The notes beneath the pieces were generated by a model that saw nothing but the letters and a program-made list of their open reading frames with translations, searched no databases and was not told where the DNA came from. Shown in pieces: positions 47,603 through 57,690 of a stretch of DNA of 64,000 bases (positions within the stretch are counted from its first letter, which is position 1; every line of letters starts with the position of its first letter). Made by a program: the position numbers and the translations under genes. The stretch lies in assembly GCA_947501605.1 (NCBI GenBank), contig CANMWZ010000018.1:26870-90869 (forward strand). The letters run 5' to 3'. The stretch is from Planctomycetota bacterium. GTDB lineage: Bacteria > Planctomycetota > UBA1135 > UBA2386.

Positions 47603-48631
47603 ATGCGCTGCGTCGTCGTGCGTGAACACGGCGGTTTCGACAGGCTGCTCCTCGAAGAGCGTCCGGTGCCTGCTCCCGGCCCGGGTCAGGTCCGCGTCAA
47701 GCTCGCTGCGATCGGCCTGAACCACCTCGACACGTGGGTGCGACGCGGCGTTCCGGGCCACACGTTTCCGTTGCCGCAGATCCCCGGAAGTGACGGTTGC
47801 GGCTTCGTCGATGCGCTGGGCCTCGGCGTGACCAACTGCAAGGAAGGCGACGAGGTCGTGGTGCTGCCGGGAGTGTCGTGCGGCGTCTGCGTCGCCTGCG
47901 CGTCAGGATCGGACCAGTTGTGCCGTCACTACCACATTCTCGGCGAGACGGGCGATGGTCTGTGTGCCGACTACGCCGTTGTGCCCGCTGCCAACGTCGC
48001 GCCCAAACCGCACGGCCTTGGCCGGGCCGAGGCCGCGAGCATCTGCCTCGTGTTCTTGACCGCGTGGAACATGCTCGTCCGTCGAGCCGAGTTGCGCGCC
48101 GGTGAGACGGTACTCGTGCATGCTGGTCTCTCGGGCGTCGGCAGTGCCGCCGTACAGATCGCCAACGTGCTCGGGGCGCGCGTGATCGCTACCGCTGGTG
48201 GCGAGCGCAAGTGTGGACTCGTGCAGGCTCTCGGCGCCCATCACGTGATCGATTATCGCAGCAAGGACTTTGCGACCGAGGTCCGTACGCTGACCGGCAA
48301 GGCCGGCGTCGACGTGGTCTTCGAACACGTTGGCGCCGCGACCTTCGAAGGCTCCATCAAGTGCCTCGCGCGCGGCGGCAGATTGGTCACTTGCGGCGCG
48401 ACCACTGGTGGAACTGTGCAGATCTCACTGCATCAGGTGTTCTTCAAGAGCCTCTCGATCCTCGGGAGCACGATGGGCAGCAAGGGTGATTTGCGCACGA
48501 TCCTGAAGATGTTCGATCAGGGCCGCTTCCGCGCCGTGGTCGATCGCACGCTGCCGCTCGCCGAGGTCGGTGAGGCGCATCGGTTGCTCGAGGCCCGCGA
48601 GGCATACGGCAAGATCGCGTTGCTGATCTGA
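47603..48631 (+). CDS. Zinc-binding alcohol dehydrogenase / quinone oxidoreductase (MDR family)
   Basis: GLNHLD, PGSDGCG, CGVCVACASG...C, SGVGSAA, GKIAL. Confidence 0.9.
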   Translation: MRCVVVREHGGFDRLLLEERPVPAPGPGQVRVKLAAIGLNHLDTWVRRGVPGHTFPLPQIPGSDGCGFVDALGLGVTNCKEGDEVVVLPGVSCGVCVACASGSDQLCRHYHILGETGDGLCADYAVVPAANVAPKPHGLGRAEAASICLVFLTAWNMLVRRAELRAGETVLVHAGLSGVGSAAVQIANVLGARVIATAGGERKCGLVQALGAHHVIDYRSKDFATEVRTLTGKAGVDVVFEHVGAATFEGSIKCLARGGRLVTCGATTGGTVQISLHQVFFKSLSILGSTMGSKGDLRTILKMFDQGRFRAVVDRTLPLAEVGEAHRLLEAREAYGKIALLI

Positions 48632-48710
48632 CGCGGCCTGTCCGGTGACCTGGCCAGCGTTCCGCGATGCGGCGTTCGGGTTCGTGCCGGTGCGCCCGTA
48701 GCATCTCGCA

Positions 48711-51383
48711 ATGCGCCCGCTCGCCCTTTCGCTGTCGTTCGTACTGGTAGTGATTGCCTCGACGATCACGCCCGCGCAAGTCCCGAGTCCGACTGCGTTC
48801 CTCGGTCACGAAGTTGGCGCCGACCATCGGCTGTGCAACCACACCGACTTGCTGCGGTACTTCGAGGCAATCGACGCGGCGAGTGATCGTGTCAAGCTCG
48901 TCGACATCGGCACCTCAAGTTACGGCCGTCGCATGACCATGGCGGTGATCACCTCACCGGAGAACCACCAGCGTCTCGAAGAGTTGCGCCAGATCGCGGT
49001 TCGCTTGTGTCGGGCTCGCGATGACGAGCAATCGGCCGAGTCTCTGGTCGAGCAGGGTCGCGCTGTCGTCTGGATCGATGCCGGGCTGCACGCGAATGAG
49101 TCGATCGCCGCTCAGAACATCATCGAACTCGTCTGGCAGATGGCGTCGCGCGAAGACGAAGAGGTCCGTCGCATCCTCGACGAGGTTGTGTTGCTCGCGT
49201 GCCCGGTCAATCCCGACGGCCTCGAACTGGTGGCGAATGCCTACACGGCGACGGGTTCGCAGGACATCCCCATCCTCTACCAGCGCTACATCGGCCACGA
49301 CAACAACCGCGACTACTACATCAGCAACCAGCTGGAGACGCGCAACGTGAGCCGTGTCTTCTTCACCGACTGGTGCCCGCAGATTGTCTACAACCATCAC
49401 CAATCAGCACCGAGCGGCACGATCCTGTTCACGCCGCCGTTTCGCGACCCTTTCAACTACAGCGCTGACCCACTGGTGATGCGCGGCATCGATTGGGTTG
49501 CTGGTTCGATGAATCGCCGGTTTGCCAGTGAGCAAAAGCCTGGGGTCATCTCGCGCGGCGGCGCGCCTTACTCCGGCTGGTGGAATGGCGGCCTGCGTTC
49601 GACCTGCTACTTCCACAACATCATCGGCATCCTCACCGAGGCCTTCGGGCATCCGGACCCGACGCGCATCGTGCAGACGATCGATCGCCGATTGACCTCG
49701 GGGGACTATCCAGATCCCGTGCCGACGCAGATGTGGCACGCGCGCCAGACCATCGAGTACCTGCAGACCGCGAACTTCGGCATCCTTGACCATGCCTCGC
49801 GCTACCGCCGCGAACTGCTGCGCGACATCTATCGAATGGGGCGCAACTCGATCGCGCGAGGTGGGCGCGACCACTGGACCGTCACGCCAAAGCTGATCGC
49901 CATGGCGAAGGCGAAGGAGGCGGCACAGGAGGATGCGAACGTTGTGTTCGCCGATCCAGCCCTGCGCGACCCGCGGGCCTACGTGTTGCGTGCCGATCAG
50001 CGCGACTCCGCTGCCGCGGTGCGCATGGTGCAAGCGCTGCAGCGCTCCGGCATCGAGGTGATGGTCGCCAACGAGCCCTTCGTAGCCGAGGGGCAATCGT
50101 GTCCGCGAGGTTCGTTCGTGATTCACACGGCACAGCCGTTTCGGCCACACGTGATCGACTTGTTCGAGCCACAGGTGCATCCCGACGACTTCAAAGACGG
50201 CAAGCCCGTGCCGCCGTACGACTCCGCGGGTTGGACGCTGTCGATGCAGTTCGGCGTCGACGTGATCCGGTGTCGAGACTCGCTCGATGGACCGTTCCAG
50301 CCGGTGGCTTCCGTGGTCGGCTTCGGCACCGCGCAACTGCCGCCGAGCACGCACGGGTGGCGCATCGATCCCGCGAGCAGCCATGCCGTGATCGTGGTCA
50401 ATCGCCTCCTGGCCGCGGGAGCTCGAGTCGAGCGCGAAGTCGTTCGCGGTGGTGGTTACATCGTGCCGCGGCAGGACGGTGTCGAAGCGAAGCTCGCGGT
50501 AGCTCTCGAAGGTCTTGGTTTCGTGCCGGAGGCGTTGGCGACCGCGCCGTCGCCTGGCATCCAGCAGCGCGCGCCCCGTATCGGTCTCTTCGACGTGTGG
50601 GGTGGCCACATGCCCACTGGCTGGAACGAGTGGCTCTTCTGCGAGTTCGAGTTCCCGATGCAAACCGTGTTCGGCGATCGCATCGCGCGCGGCGACCTGC
50701 GCGCGGATTTCGACGTGTTGATGTTCCACACCGGATTGCCCGGCGGACGCGATCTACAGAAGCCGCCGCGGCCAGTGGATGGCGAGCAGCTCGCCAAGCT
50801 ACAGAAGGCTCTGCCGCCGTACGATGACTGGTCGACGCTGTCATCGCGCGCGACGCGGCTCACCAGCGATTCGACCTGGGCGCCGCTGCGCGCATTCGTC
50901 GAAGGCGGCGGAACGCTGATGGTGTTCGGTGGCGAATGCGAGAAGGTCGTGCGCCAGTTCGAACTGCCGATCGAAGTCGGTACGTGGGTCGAGGATGCCA
51001 GCGCCGAGGGCGGTCGCCGCCGCACCCGCAACGAGGAGTTCTACGTGCCAGGTTCGCTGCTCGCGGTCGAGTTCGAAGCAGCGCATCCATTCGCAGCCGG
51101 GAGTCCGGAGAACGGCGTGGCGATGTTCACGCGATCGAGTGCCGTCCTGCGGCCGACCACGGATGCCGTGCAGGTGATCGCGCGTTACCGCAATACGGAC
51201 ACGTTGGCGTCGGGCTGGGCCGTTGGCCTCGAGCACGTCGCCGGACGGGCTGCGATCGCCGTGGTCCCGCAGGGCAAGGGTCGCGTGGTGTTGTTCGGCG
51301 CCGACGCCACCTACCGAGGACAGCCTCTAGTCACGATCCGCGTGCTCTTCCAAGCGCTGCATGCGGCCGTCGTCCCTGACTGA
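48711..51383 (+). CDS. Secreted M14 zinc carboxypeptidase family protein
   Basis: GLHANE, NPDG, HDNNRD, NHHQ; C-terminal GATase-like domain. Confidence 0.88.
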   Translation: MRPLALSLSFVLVVIASTITPAQVPSPTAFLGHEVGADHRLCNHTDLLRYFEAIDAASDRVKLVDIGTSSYGRRMTMAVITSPENHQRLEELRQIAVRLCRARDDEQSAESLVEQGRAVVWIDAGLHANESIAAQNIIELVWQMASREDEEVRRILDEVVLLACPVNPDGLELVANAYTATGSQDIPILYQRYIGHDNNRDYYISNQLETRNVSRVFFTDWCPQIVYNHHQSAPSGTILFTPPFRDPFNYSADPLVMRGIDWVAGSMNRRFASEQKPGVISRGGAPYSGWWNGGLRSTCYFHNIIGILTEAFGHPDPTRIVQTIDRRLTSGDYPDPVPTQMWHARQTIEYLQTANFGILDHASRYRRELLRDIYRMGRNSIARGGRDHWTVTPKLIAMAKAKEAAQEDANVVFADPALRDPRAYVLRADQRDSAAAVRMVQALQRSGIEVMVANEPFVAEGQSCPRGSFVIHTAQPFRPHVIDLFEPQVHPDDFKDGKPVPPYDSAGWTLSMQFGVDVIRCRDSLDGPFQPVASVVGFGTAQLPPSTHGWRIDPASSHAVIVVNRLLAAGARVEREVVRGGGYIVPRQDGVEAKLAVALEGLGFVPEALATAPSPGIQQRAPRIGLFDVWGGHMPTGWNEWLFCEFEFPMQTVFGDRIARGDLRADFDVLMFHTGLPGGRDLQKPPRPVDGEQLAKLQKALPPYDDWSTLSSRATRLTSDSTWAPLRAFVEGGGTLMVFGGECEKVVRQFELPIEVGTWVEDASAEGGRRRTRNEEFYVPGSLLAVEFEAAHPFAAGSPENGVAMFTRSSAVLRPTTDAVQVIARYRNTDTLASGWAVGLEHVAGRAAIAVVPQGKGRVVLFGADATYRGQPLVTIRVLFQALHAAVVPD

Positions 51384-51629
51384 TCCTGGGTTGGGCGTCC
51401 GCAATGCGGTCGATCCGGTAGTGCCGTCGCCTCGAACCGTCGCCGACACCGCGGCCCTGAAACCCTTGCACGCACGAGGCAGCGGTTACATCGGTTACGG
51501 TCCCGAAGGGGGACTCAGAGCGACCGCAGCACGGACCGAACTGCTGCTAGCGCGCCGGTTAGGTCGCGCCGCGTTACGAAGCATGGCGCGGGCGACGAAC
51601 GGCACGGTCCTTGACGAGGTAACCGGTCT

Positions 51630-53978
51630 GTGTCTTGGGTCAGCTGGATCACTCCTGCGGTTGTTGTTGCGATCGGCATCGCCGCATTGTTGCGGCGGCG
51701 CTCCGATCTGCGGCAGCAGAGCCATGTACTCGCCGAGCGTGCCAAGGCGAAGGCGCAGGGCAGCCACGAAGCGAGGTTGCTGCACCCAAAGATCGATCTG
51801 GCGAACTGCATCGGTTGCGGCGCCTGCGTGCGTGCGTGTCCGGAAGAAGGCGTGCTCGCGCTTGCCTTCGGCCAAGCCGTTGTCGTGCACGGCGCTCGCT
51901 GCATCGGTCATGGTCGATGCGCCGACGCGTGTCCGACCGGCGCGATCGCGCTGACGCTCGGCGACATCAAGGATCGCAAGGACCTGCCGGCAATCGACCC
52001 TCAGCACGAGGCTGTCACGGTTCCTGGTCTGTTCCTCGCCGGCGAGATCACCGGGTTCTCGCTGGTGCACACGGCGGTGAAGCACGGTGCGCTGGTGGCC
52101 AGCGAAGTGCGGCGACGCGTGGCTGCGCAGGCCACTACACTTGCCCAGGCGGGTGCGGCCCGCAGGTTCGGTCGCGTGGCCGTCGGAGTCGGCGGCGGTG
52201 AAACTGGCGAGGTCGCAGACGATCCGACTCCTGCCCCCAAAGTACTCGATCTCATCGTCGTCGGACTGGGCCCTGCGGGCTTGTCGTGCGCGCTGGCTGC
52301 CAAACAACACGGCCTGCGGTTCTTGTGCATCGAGCAAGCGGACGCCATCGGCGGCACGGTCGCGGCCTACCCGCGCAAGAAGCTGGTGATGACGCAGCCG
52401 ATGGACTTGCCGCTTCATGGCAGGCTGGATCGGCTCGAGTATCAGAAGGAGGAGCTCGTCGAGTTGTGGGGCCAGCTCGCGCACCAGCATCGACTGCCGG
52501 TGAAGACCGGTGTCCAGGTAACCGGCATCACGCGCGACGACGACGGCGTGTTCGCAGTTGCGACGAGTTTCGGTATCGCCCGCGCTCGCCATGTCTGTTT
52601 GGCCGTGGGACGACGCGGATCGCCGCAGAAGCTGCTAGTGCCTGGCGAAGACCTGCCGAAGGTCGCCTACTCATTGCTCGATGCCGAGAGCTATCACAAC
52701 CGCGCGATTCTCGTCGTCGGTGGTGGCGACAGTGCCATCGAAGCGGCACTCGCACTTGCGGAGCAGCCGGGCAACGTCGTCACGCTGAGTTATCGCAAGC
52801 CGGTGTTCACGCGCATCAAGGCGCGCAACCAACAGCGCATCGAGAAGGCGATCGAGGAGCAGCGCATCGAAGTGTTGCTGGACAGCAACGTCGTCGAGAT
52901 CCGACCGGATGCAGTGACCCTGCGATGCAGCGGCGCCACCGGGCAAGACACGGACGTCGAGCGCAGCAACGACGAGGTCTTCATCTTTGCCGGCGGCAAG
53001 CCACCGTATCCACTGCTCGAGGGCGCTGGGGTGTCCTTTGATCCAGCGCTGCGTCCACCCGAGCAAATCGATGTGGATCGCGGCACCGGACTCCTCGTCG
53101 CGCTGGTTGCGACCCTTCTGGGTTGCGTTGGGCTGCTCGTCGTGCGCATCGCGGGCAGCGGCTACTACGACCTTCCGGTGGTCGAGCGCGACCTGTCCGA
53201 GTGGCATGCCGTGCTGCGTCCACAGGGCGCATTCGGCCTGTTCACCGGTCTGGTCGCTGCGACTCTGTTCGTCGTCAACTTGCTGTATCTGGCGCGCCGT
53301 TCGCCGCGATTCTCGCGGTGGCTGCCCGGCAGTCTGCGCGGGTGGATGTCCGTGCACGTTGCGACCGGCTTCTTCGCGCTGCTCTTTGCGTGCGTGCACA
53401 GTGCCTTCCACATTCGCGACGCGGTCGCCGGCCATTCGTTGGTGGTGATGGCCATCGTGGTGACGACCGGCGCCATCGGGCGCTGGTTCTATTCGTTCGT
53501 GCCGAAGGCGCAGAGCGGGCGCCAAGCGGACCTCGAAGACCTCGGCTCGCGTGTTGCGGCGATTGCCGGCGAGTGGGACGAGGTTGGTCGCGGCTTTGGC
53601 AATCGCGTTCGCCAAGACGTCGAGTCGTTGGTCAGCGCCGATCACTTCGGCCGCAACCTGATCGACCGGGTGTTCTCGCTTGCCAACGGCCAACTGCGGC
53701 TTCTTCGCCTCATTCGACGGGTTCGCAAGCAAGGTGTCGCCGAGGGTGTGCCCGATGGCGAGTTGCAGCGCATCCTCGTGCTGGCCCGCCGCGCGCATCG
53801 CATCGCGCTACAGCTCACGCACTACGAAGAGGTTCGCGGCATCTTGTCGTCATGGCGGTGGATGCATCGCTGGCTCGCGTTGTTGCTCGGCATCCTGGTC
53901 GCCGTGCATGTGTTCACCGCCATTCGCTTTGGCGGCGTCGACTTCGGCGTACTGAGCCTGCTTGGAGGTGACAAGTGA
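51630..53978 (+). CDS. Fusion: TM - 2x[4Fe-4S] ferredoxin - permuted TrxB-like FAD/NAD(P)H oxidoreductase - diheme-b membrane domain
   Basis: CIGCGACVRACP, CIGHGRCADACP; PGLFLAGE; VGLGPAG; VGGGDSA..SYRK; five C-terminal TM helices with two H-x13-H pairs. Confidence 0.85.
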   Translation: MSWVSWITPAVVVAIGIAALLRRRSDLRQQSHVLAERAKAKAQGSHEARLLHPKIDLANCIGCGACVRACPEEGVLALAFGQAVVVHGARCIGHGRCADACPTGAIALTLGDIKDRKDLPAIDPQHEAVTVPGLFLAGEITGFSLVHTAVKHGALVASEVRRRVAAQATTLAQAGAARRFGRVAVGVGGGETGEVADDPTPAPKVLDLIVVGLGPAGLSCALAAKQHGLRFLCIEQADAIGGTVAAYPRKKLVMTQPMDLPLHGRLDRLEYQKEELVELWGQLAHQHRLPVKTGVQVTGITRDDDGVFAVATSFGIARARHVCLAVGRRGSPQKLLVPGEDLPKVAYSLLDAESYHNRAILVVGGGDSAIEAALALAEQPGNVVTLSYRKPVFTRIKARNQQRIEKAIEEQRIEVLLDSNVVEIRPDAVTLRCSGATGQDTDVERSNDEVFIFAGGKPPYPLLEGAGVSFDPALRPPEQIDVDRGTGLLVALVATLLGCVGLLVVRIAGSGYYDLPVVERDLSEWHAVLRPQGAFGLFTGLVAATLFVVNLLYLARRSPRFSRWLPGSLRGWMSVHVATGFFALLFACVHSAFHIRDAVAGHSLVVMAIVVTTGAIGRWFYSFVPKAQSGRQADLEDLGSRVAAIAGEWDEVGRGFGNRVRQDVESLVSADHFGRNLIDRVFSLANGQLRLLRLIRRVRKQGVAEGVPDGELQRILVLARRAHRIALQLTHYEEVRGILSSWRWMHRWLALLLGILVAVHVFTAIRFGGVDFGVLSLLGGDK

Positions 53979-56014
53979 ACCTCCGTCGCTGGCTGCTGCC
54001 CGTTACTTCGCTGGTCGCGGTGTTGGCGATCACGGCCTGGGAGTTCGCGAGTTCGCGAACGGGCCCAGGGCCGCTGCATCCTGCGCACCATGAACTCGAC
54101 AGCATGTTCGGTTCGGATTGTTCGAGCTGTCACAAGGCCGGCGCTGGCGTCGATCCTGAGGGCTGCATCCGGTGTCACGAGCCGATTGGGGCGCAGCGCA
54201 CCGCGCGCCACGGATTGCATGGGAGCCTGTCGAAGAAACAGTTCGAGGACTGTGCCCAGTGCCACAGCGAGCACCATGGTGCCACGAGTGCCTTGATCGC
54301 GCCGCAGGCCTTCGCCTACGCCGGTGTTCATGATCCTGCCGCCTACGACCATCGTCACGTCGCCGACTACCACCTCAGCGGCGCGCATGCCGTGCTCGAT
54401 TGCGACCAGTGTCATCCAGCCGCGAACGCACCGATGCCGCCTCACGGTGGTCGCTTCCTCGGTCAGCAACAGGCCTGCGCCGCTTGCCACGAAGACGTTC
54501 ACCGTGGCGTGTTCGGGGTCGATTGCGAAGCGTGCCACGGCCAGGTGGAGAAGTTCCGCTCGGCCCCGGGGTTTCTGCACAGCATCTTCCCGCTGGTCGA
54601 CGCGCACGCTCGCGTGGCCTGTGAGAAGTGCCACGAGCCCGGGACAGTTCGGGCGACCGAGGCGCTGAGCAAGGCGCCACTGCCGGCGCGAACGTGTGCG
54701 GAGTGTCACGTGGATCCGCACCACATGCGGGCGAACGTGCCGGCGAAAGCGATCCTGCTCGGTGACACCGCCGATTGTGCGCGTTGTCATGCATCGACGA
54801 AGTGGAAGGACGCGCGCGTGACGCCGGCGAAACATGCCGAGTTCGGCTTCCCGCTGCGTGGTGGTCATGCGAAGGCCGAATGCAACAAGTGCCACGGCGA
54901 TGCGAGCCACCCGAGCAAGCACGGCGACTCGCTGCCGCAGCTCGAGGCGTGTGCTCGCTGTCACGAACATCCGCATCGCGCCGCGTTCGTGCAGGCCGCG
55001 GTGGCGGTGCAAGGACCAGCCGATGGTTGTGCGAAGTGCCATGTCGACGAGCAGGCCGACTTCCACCTCGCCTCGACGACGGTGGCACAGCACGCAGCCA
55101 CGGCGTTCCCGCTGGTGGAGCCGCATGCCAAAGTCGAGTGCAGCAAGTGTCACGGCGAGCCAGAGAAGGGGCTGCGGAAGAGCTATGCCGAGCGTTTCCT
55201 GAGCCGCGTTCCGACGGACTGCCGCGCGTGCCATGAGGACGTTCATGCCGGGCAGTTCGACCACGACGCGCGCTACGCGCAGTGCACGGCGTGTCATCAG
55301 CCGCTGGCGTTCGCGCCAAACGCGTTCGGGACGACGATGCACCAGAAGACCGCGTTCCCACTGACGGGAGCTCACGATGCCGTGGCCTGTTCGCGGTGCC
55401 ACGACAAAGTGAAGGACGAGGTCCGGGCCTTCCACGACACGAGCCACCAATGCGCTGACTGCCACGAGGACGTGCACCAAGGCGAGTTCGACAAGTCGGG
55501 CAAGCCGGCGACGGTTGGCGGGCGCACCGGCTGTGCTCGATGCCACGACACCTCGGCGTTCTCCCCGGTGAAGACATCGACCTTTGACCACGGGATGTGG
55601 ACCGGCTACCGCCTCGAAGGCGCTCATGCTCGCAACGACTGCGGGAAGTGCCATCTGCCGAATGCCAGTGCCGCAGCAACCGTGGTCACGGCGAAAGCCA
55701 CGCAGCGTCGGCTCGGCAAAGCAGCCGGCAAGAACTGCGTTGACTGCCACCGCGACCAGCACCAAGGCCAGTTCGGTCAAGGCAAGACGATCGACTGCGC
55801 GCGGTGCCATTCGACCGAGGACTTCCACAAACCACGGTTCGACCACTCTCGCGACAGTCGGTTCGCCCTCGACGCCCAGCACGCTCCGTTGGCATGTGAA
55901 GCGTGCCACAAGACCTACGAGTCACCCGCTGGCCCGGTGGTTCGCTACAAGCCGCTCGGTGTCGAGTGTGGCGACTGCCACAAGCTCGCCAACAAGCGCC
56001 AGGGGGGACGATGA
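53975..56014 (+). CDS. Periplasmic multiheme cytochrome c, 23 CxxCH
   Basis: N-terminal signal/TM; 23 CxxCH counted by hand, arranged as triheme repeats; GTGA overlap with upstream gene. Confidence 0.92.
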   Translation: MNLRRWLLPVTSLVAVLAITAWEFASSRTGPGPLHPAHHELDSMFGSDCSSCHKAGAGVDPEGCIRCHEPIGAQRTARHGLHGSLSKKQFEDCAQCHSEHHGATSALIAPQAFAYAGVHDPAAYDHRHVADYHLSGAHAVLDCDQCHPAANAPMPPHGGRFLGQQQACAACHEDVHRGVFGVDCEACHGQVEKFRSAPGFLHSIFPLVDAHARVACEKCHEPGTVRATEALSKAPLPARTCAECHVDPHHMRANVPAKAILLGDTADCARCHASTKWKDARVTPAKHAEFGFPLRGGHAKAECNKCHGDASHPSKHGDSLPQLEACARCHEHPHRAAFVQAAVAVQGPADGCAKCHVDEQADFHLASTTVAQHAATAFPLVEPHAKVECSKCHGEPEKGLRKSYAERFLSRVPTDCRACHEDVHAGQFDHDARYAQCTACHQPLAFAPNAFGTTMHQKTAFPLTGAHDAVACSRCHDKVKDEVRAFHDTSHQCADCHEDVHQGEFDKSGKPATVGGRTGCARCHDTSAFSPVKTSTFDHGMWTGYRLEGAHARNDCGKCHLPNASAAATVVTAKATQRRLGKAAGKNCVDCHRDQHQGQFGQGKTIDCARCHSTEDFHKPRFDHSRDSRFALDAQHAPLACEACHKTYESPAGPVVRYKPLGVECGDCHKLANKRQGGR

Positions 56015-57690
56015 AGCCGGCACGTGCAGAACTGATGGCTGCGGTCGCACTGCTGGCGCCGGTCATGATGGCGCAGCAGTCGCCGCAGACCGTTGTCGTG
56101 CAAGTGCACGTGACGAGCGTGTCGGGGCGAGACGTGTACCTCGACCTCGGTCGCACTGCTGGGCTTGCGCCGGGCCAGACGGTTCGGCTCTATCCATCCG
56201 GGACTGCCGAGGTGCAGGCGCTGATTCGCACCGTGAGCGCTACTTCGTGTCGCGCCGAACTGGTGCCGGGCGCCATTGCACCAACCGTCGGTTCTCGCGG
56301 CGAAGTCGAGGTGCCGAAGCCAAAACCGTCGGCGTCGCCGCAGGGCAGTGGTTCGAGTTCGCAACCTTCGACCTCGCGCCCGGTGCCCGCGCACCCGCCG
56401 TGGCAACGCCAAGTCGACCCGCTGCGGCCAGACCAGCCCCTCTTGGTTCCTACCTTCGGCCAGAAGCCAGATGACCGGCCAGCGACATTGGACGGCCGGG
56501 TCTTCTTGTCGAGTCAGTACTCGCGCGACGACGGTGGCGATCGAGCCAATTCGTATTGGCTCACGCGCATGGGGTTCGCTGGCGAAGCGAACAATGCGAT
56601 GGGCTACGGCGAGCGCACGCGCTTTGCCGGTGAGGTCAACGACCGCCGTGCGTCGGTTCCTGGAGAAGTCGACGACGGCGATTCGCGATTGCGCATCGAC
56701 CAACTGTCGACTTCCTTCGGCACCGAACGCTGGTCGCCGTACGGAGCCGAGGTCGGCCGGTTTCTGTCGCAGCACTTGCCTGAGATCGGATTGGTCGATG
56801 GCGCCGAAGGCGTGATGCGCTACGGCAATGGTGTGCGCATCGGTGGTGGCCTCGGCGCCTACCCGGTGCCGTACCCGGATCGGCAGTCAGGGGACGACGT
56901 GGGGATCCACGCGTTCATCGACTACACCAGCGACGAGCGACGGACGTTTGCAGCGGCCGCTGGTGTGCAAAAGACGTGGCATCTAGGTGCGGCGGATCGC
57001 GACCTGCTGCTGTTCCGAGTCGAGAGTCATCCTGCCGAGGGCGTCACGTTGTTCGGCAGCGCCAAAGTCGACTGGTACACCGGCGGCGACGATCGCAAGA
57101 GCGGAGGATTTCAGGTCACGGAGTTCTTCGGGCAGGCGCGCTGGGATGGTGTCGACAAGGGCGCTGGTCTCTCGCTGTCGCACTTCGCCTGGCCCGACTT
57201 GCTGCGCGGGGAGTACAAGAACCTCCCGGACGAGCTCGTCCGCGATGGCAAAGTTGATCGCTTGTCGCCCTCGCTTTGGTTCCGCGTCCATCAAGACGTG
57301 CGGCTCAGCGGGCGCTTCGACATCTGGCAAGACCAGGATGCGAGCGGCACAGCGTTCGAACTCGGGGTCGACTGGAACAACATTGCCGCCAGTGGCACTA
57401 GCCTCACGGCGCAGGTGTTTCGAACCGACGGCGGCGCCCAATCCGGCCCGGGCCTTCGCCTGCTCGCGCGGCGGCAGATAGGCGAGGTCTTCGTCAACGC
57501 CGGCTATCGCTGGTACGGTTACGACGTCGAAGGGCTGCTTGCGGGCCCGGAGTCTTACACCCGTCAGTCGATCGATGTTGGCGCCTCGTGGATGGTGGGC
57601 GAGTGTGATCTAAATCTTCAGCTCGAACATTGGTTCGGCGACCAGGAGAACGCGTATGCAATCGCTCTCTATGCACAGTGGCGATTCTGA
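56011..57690 (+). CDS. Outer-membrane beta-barrel (porin-like) protein
   Basis: ATGA overlap; signal peptide; small N-domain and Pro/Ser linker; amphipathic beta strands; C-terminal ALYAQWRF beta-signal. Confidence 0.75.
   Translation: MKPARAELMAAVALLAPVMMAQQSPQTVVVQVHVTSVSGRDVYLDLGRTAGLAPGQTVRLYPSGTAEVQALIRTVSATSCRAELVPGAIAPTVGSRGEVEVPKPKPSASPQGSGSSSQPSTSRPVPAHPPWQRQVDPLRPDQPLLVPTFGQKPDDRPATLDGRVFLSSQYSRDDGGDRANSYWLTRMGFAGEANNAMGYGERTRFAGEVNDRRASVPGEVDDGDSRLRIDQLSTSFGTERWSPYGAEVGRFLSQHLPEIGLVDGAEGVMRYGNGVRIGGGLGAYPVPYPDRQSGDDVGIHAFIDYTSDERRTFAAAAGVQKTWHLGAADRDLLLFRVESHPAEGVTLFGSAKVDWYTGGDDRKSGGFQVTEFFGQARWDGVDKGAGLSLSHFAWPDLLRGEYKNLPDELVRDGKVDRLSPSLWFRVHQDVRLSGRFDIWQDQDASGTAFELGVDWNNIAASGTSLTAQVFRTDGGAQSGPGLRLLARRQIGEVFVNAGYRWYGYDVEGLLAGPESYTRQSIDVGASWMVGECDLNLQLEHWFGDQENAYAIALYAQWRF

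Noticed and set aside
51600..51615. Sigma-54 promoter CGGCACGGTCCTTGAC
   Set aside because: The -12 GC is GA, and the implied start site would fall downstream of the RBS
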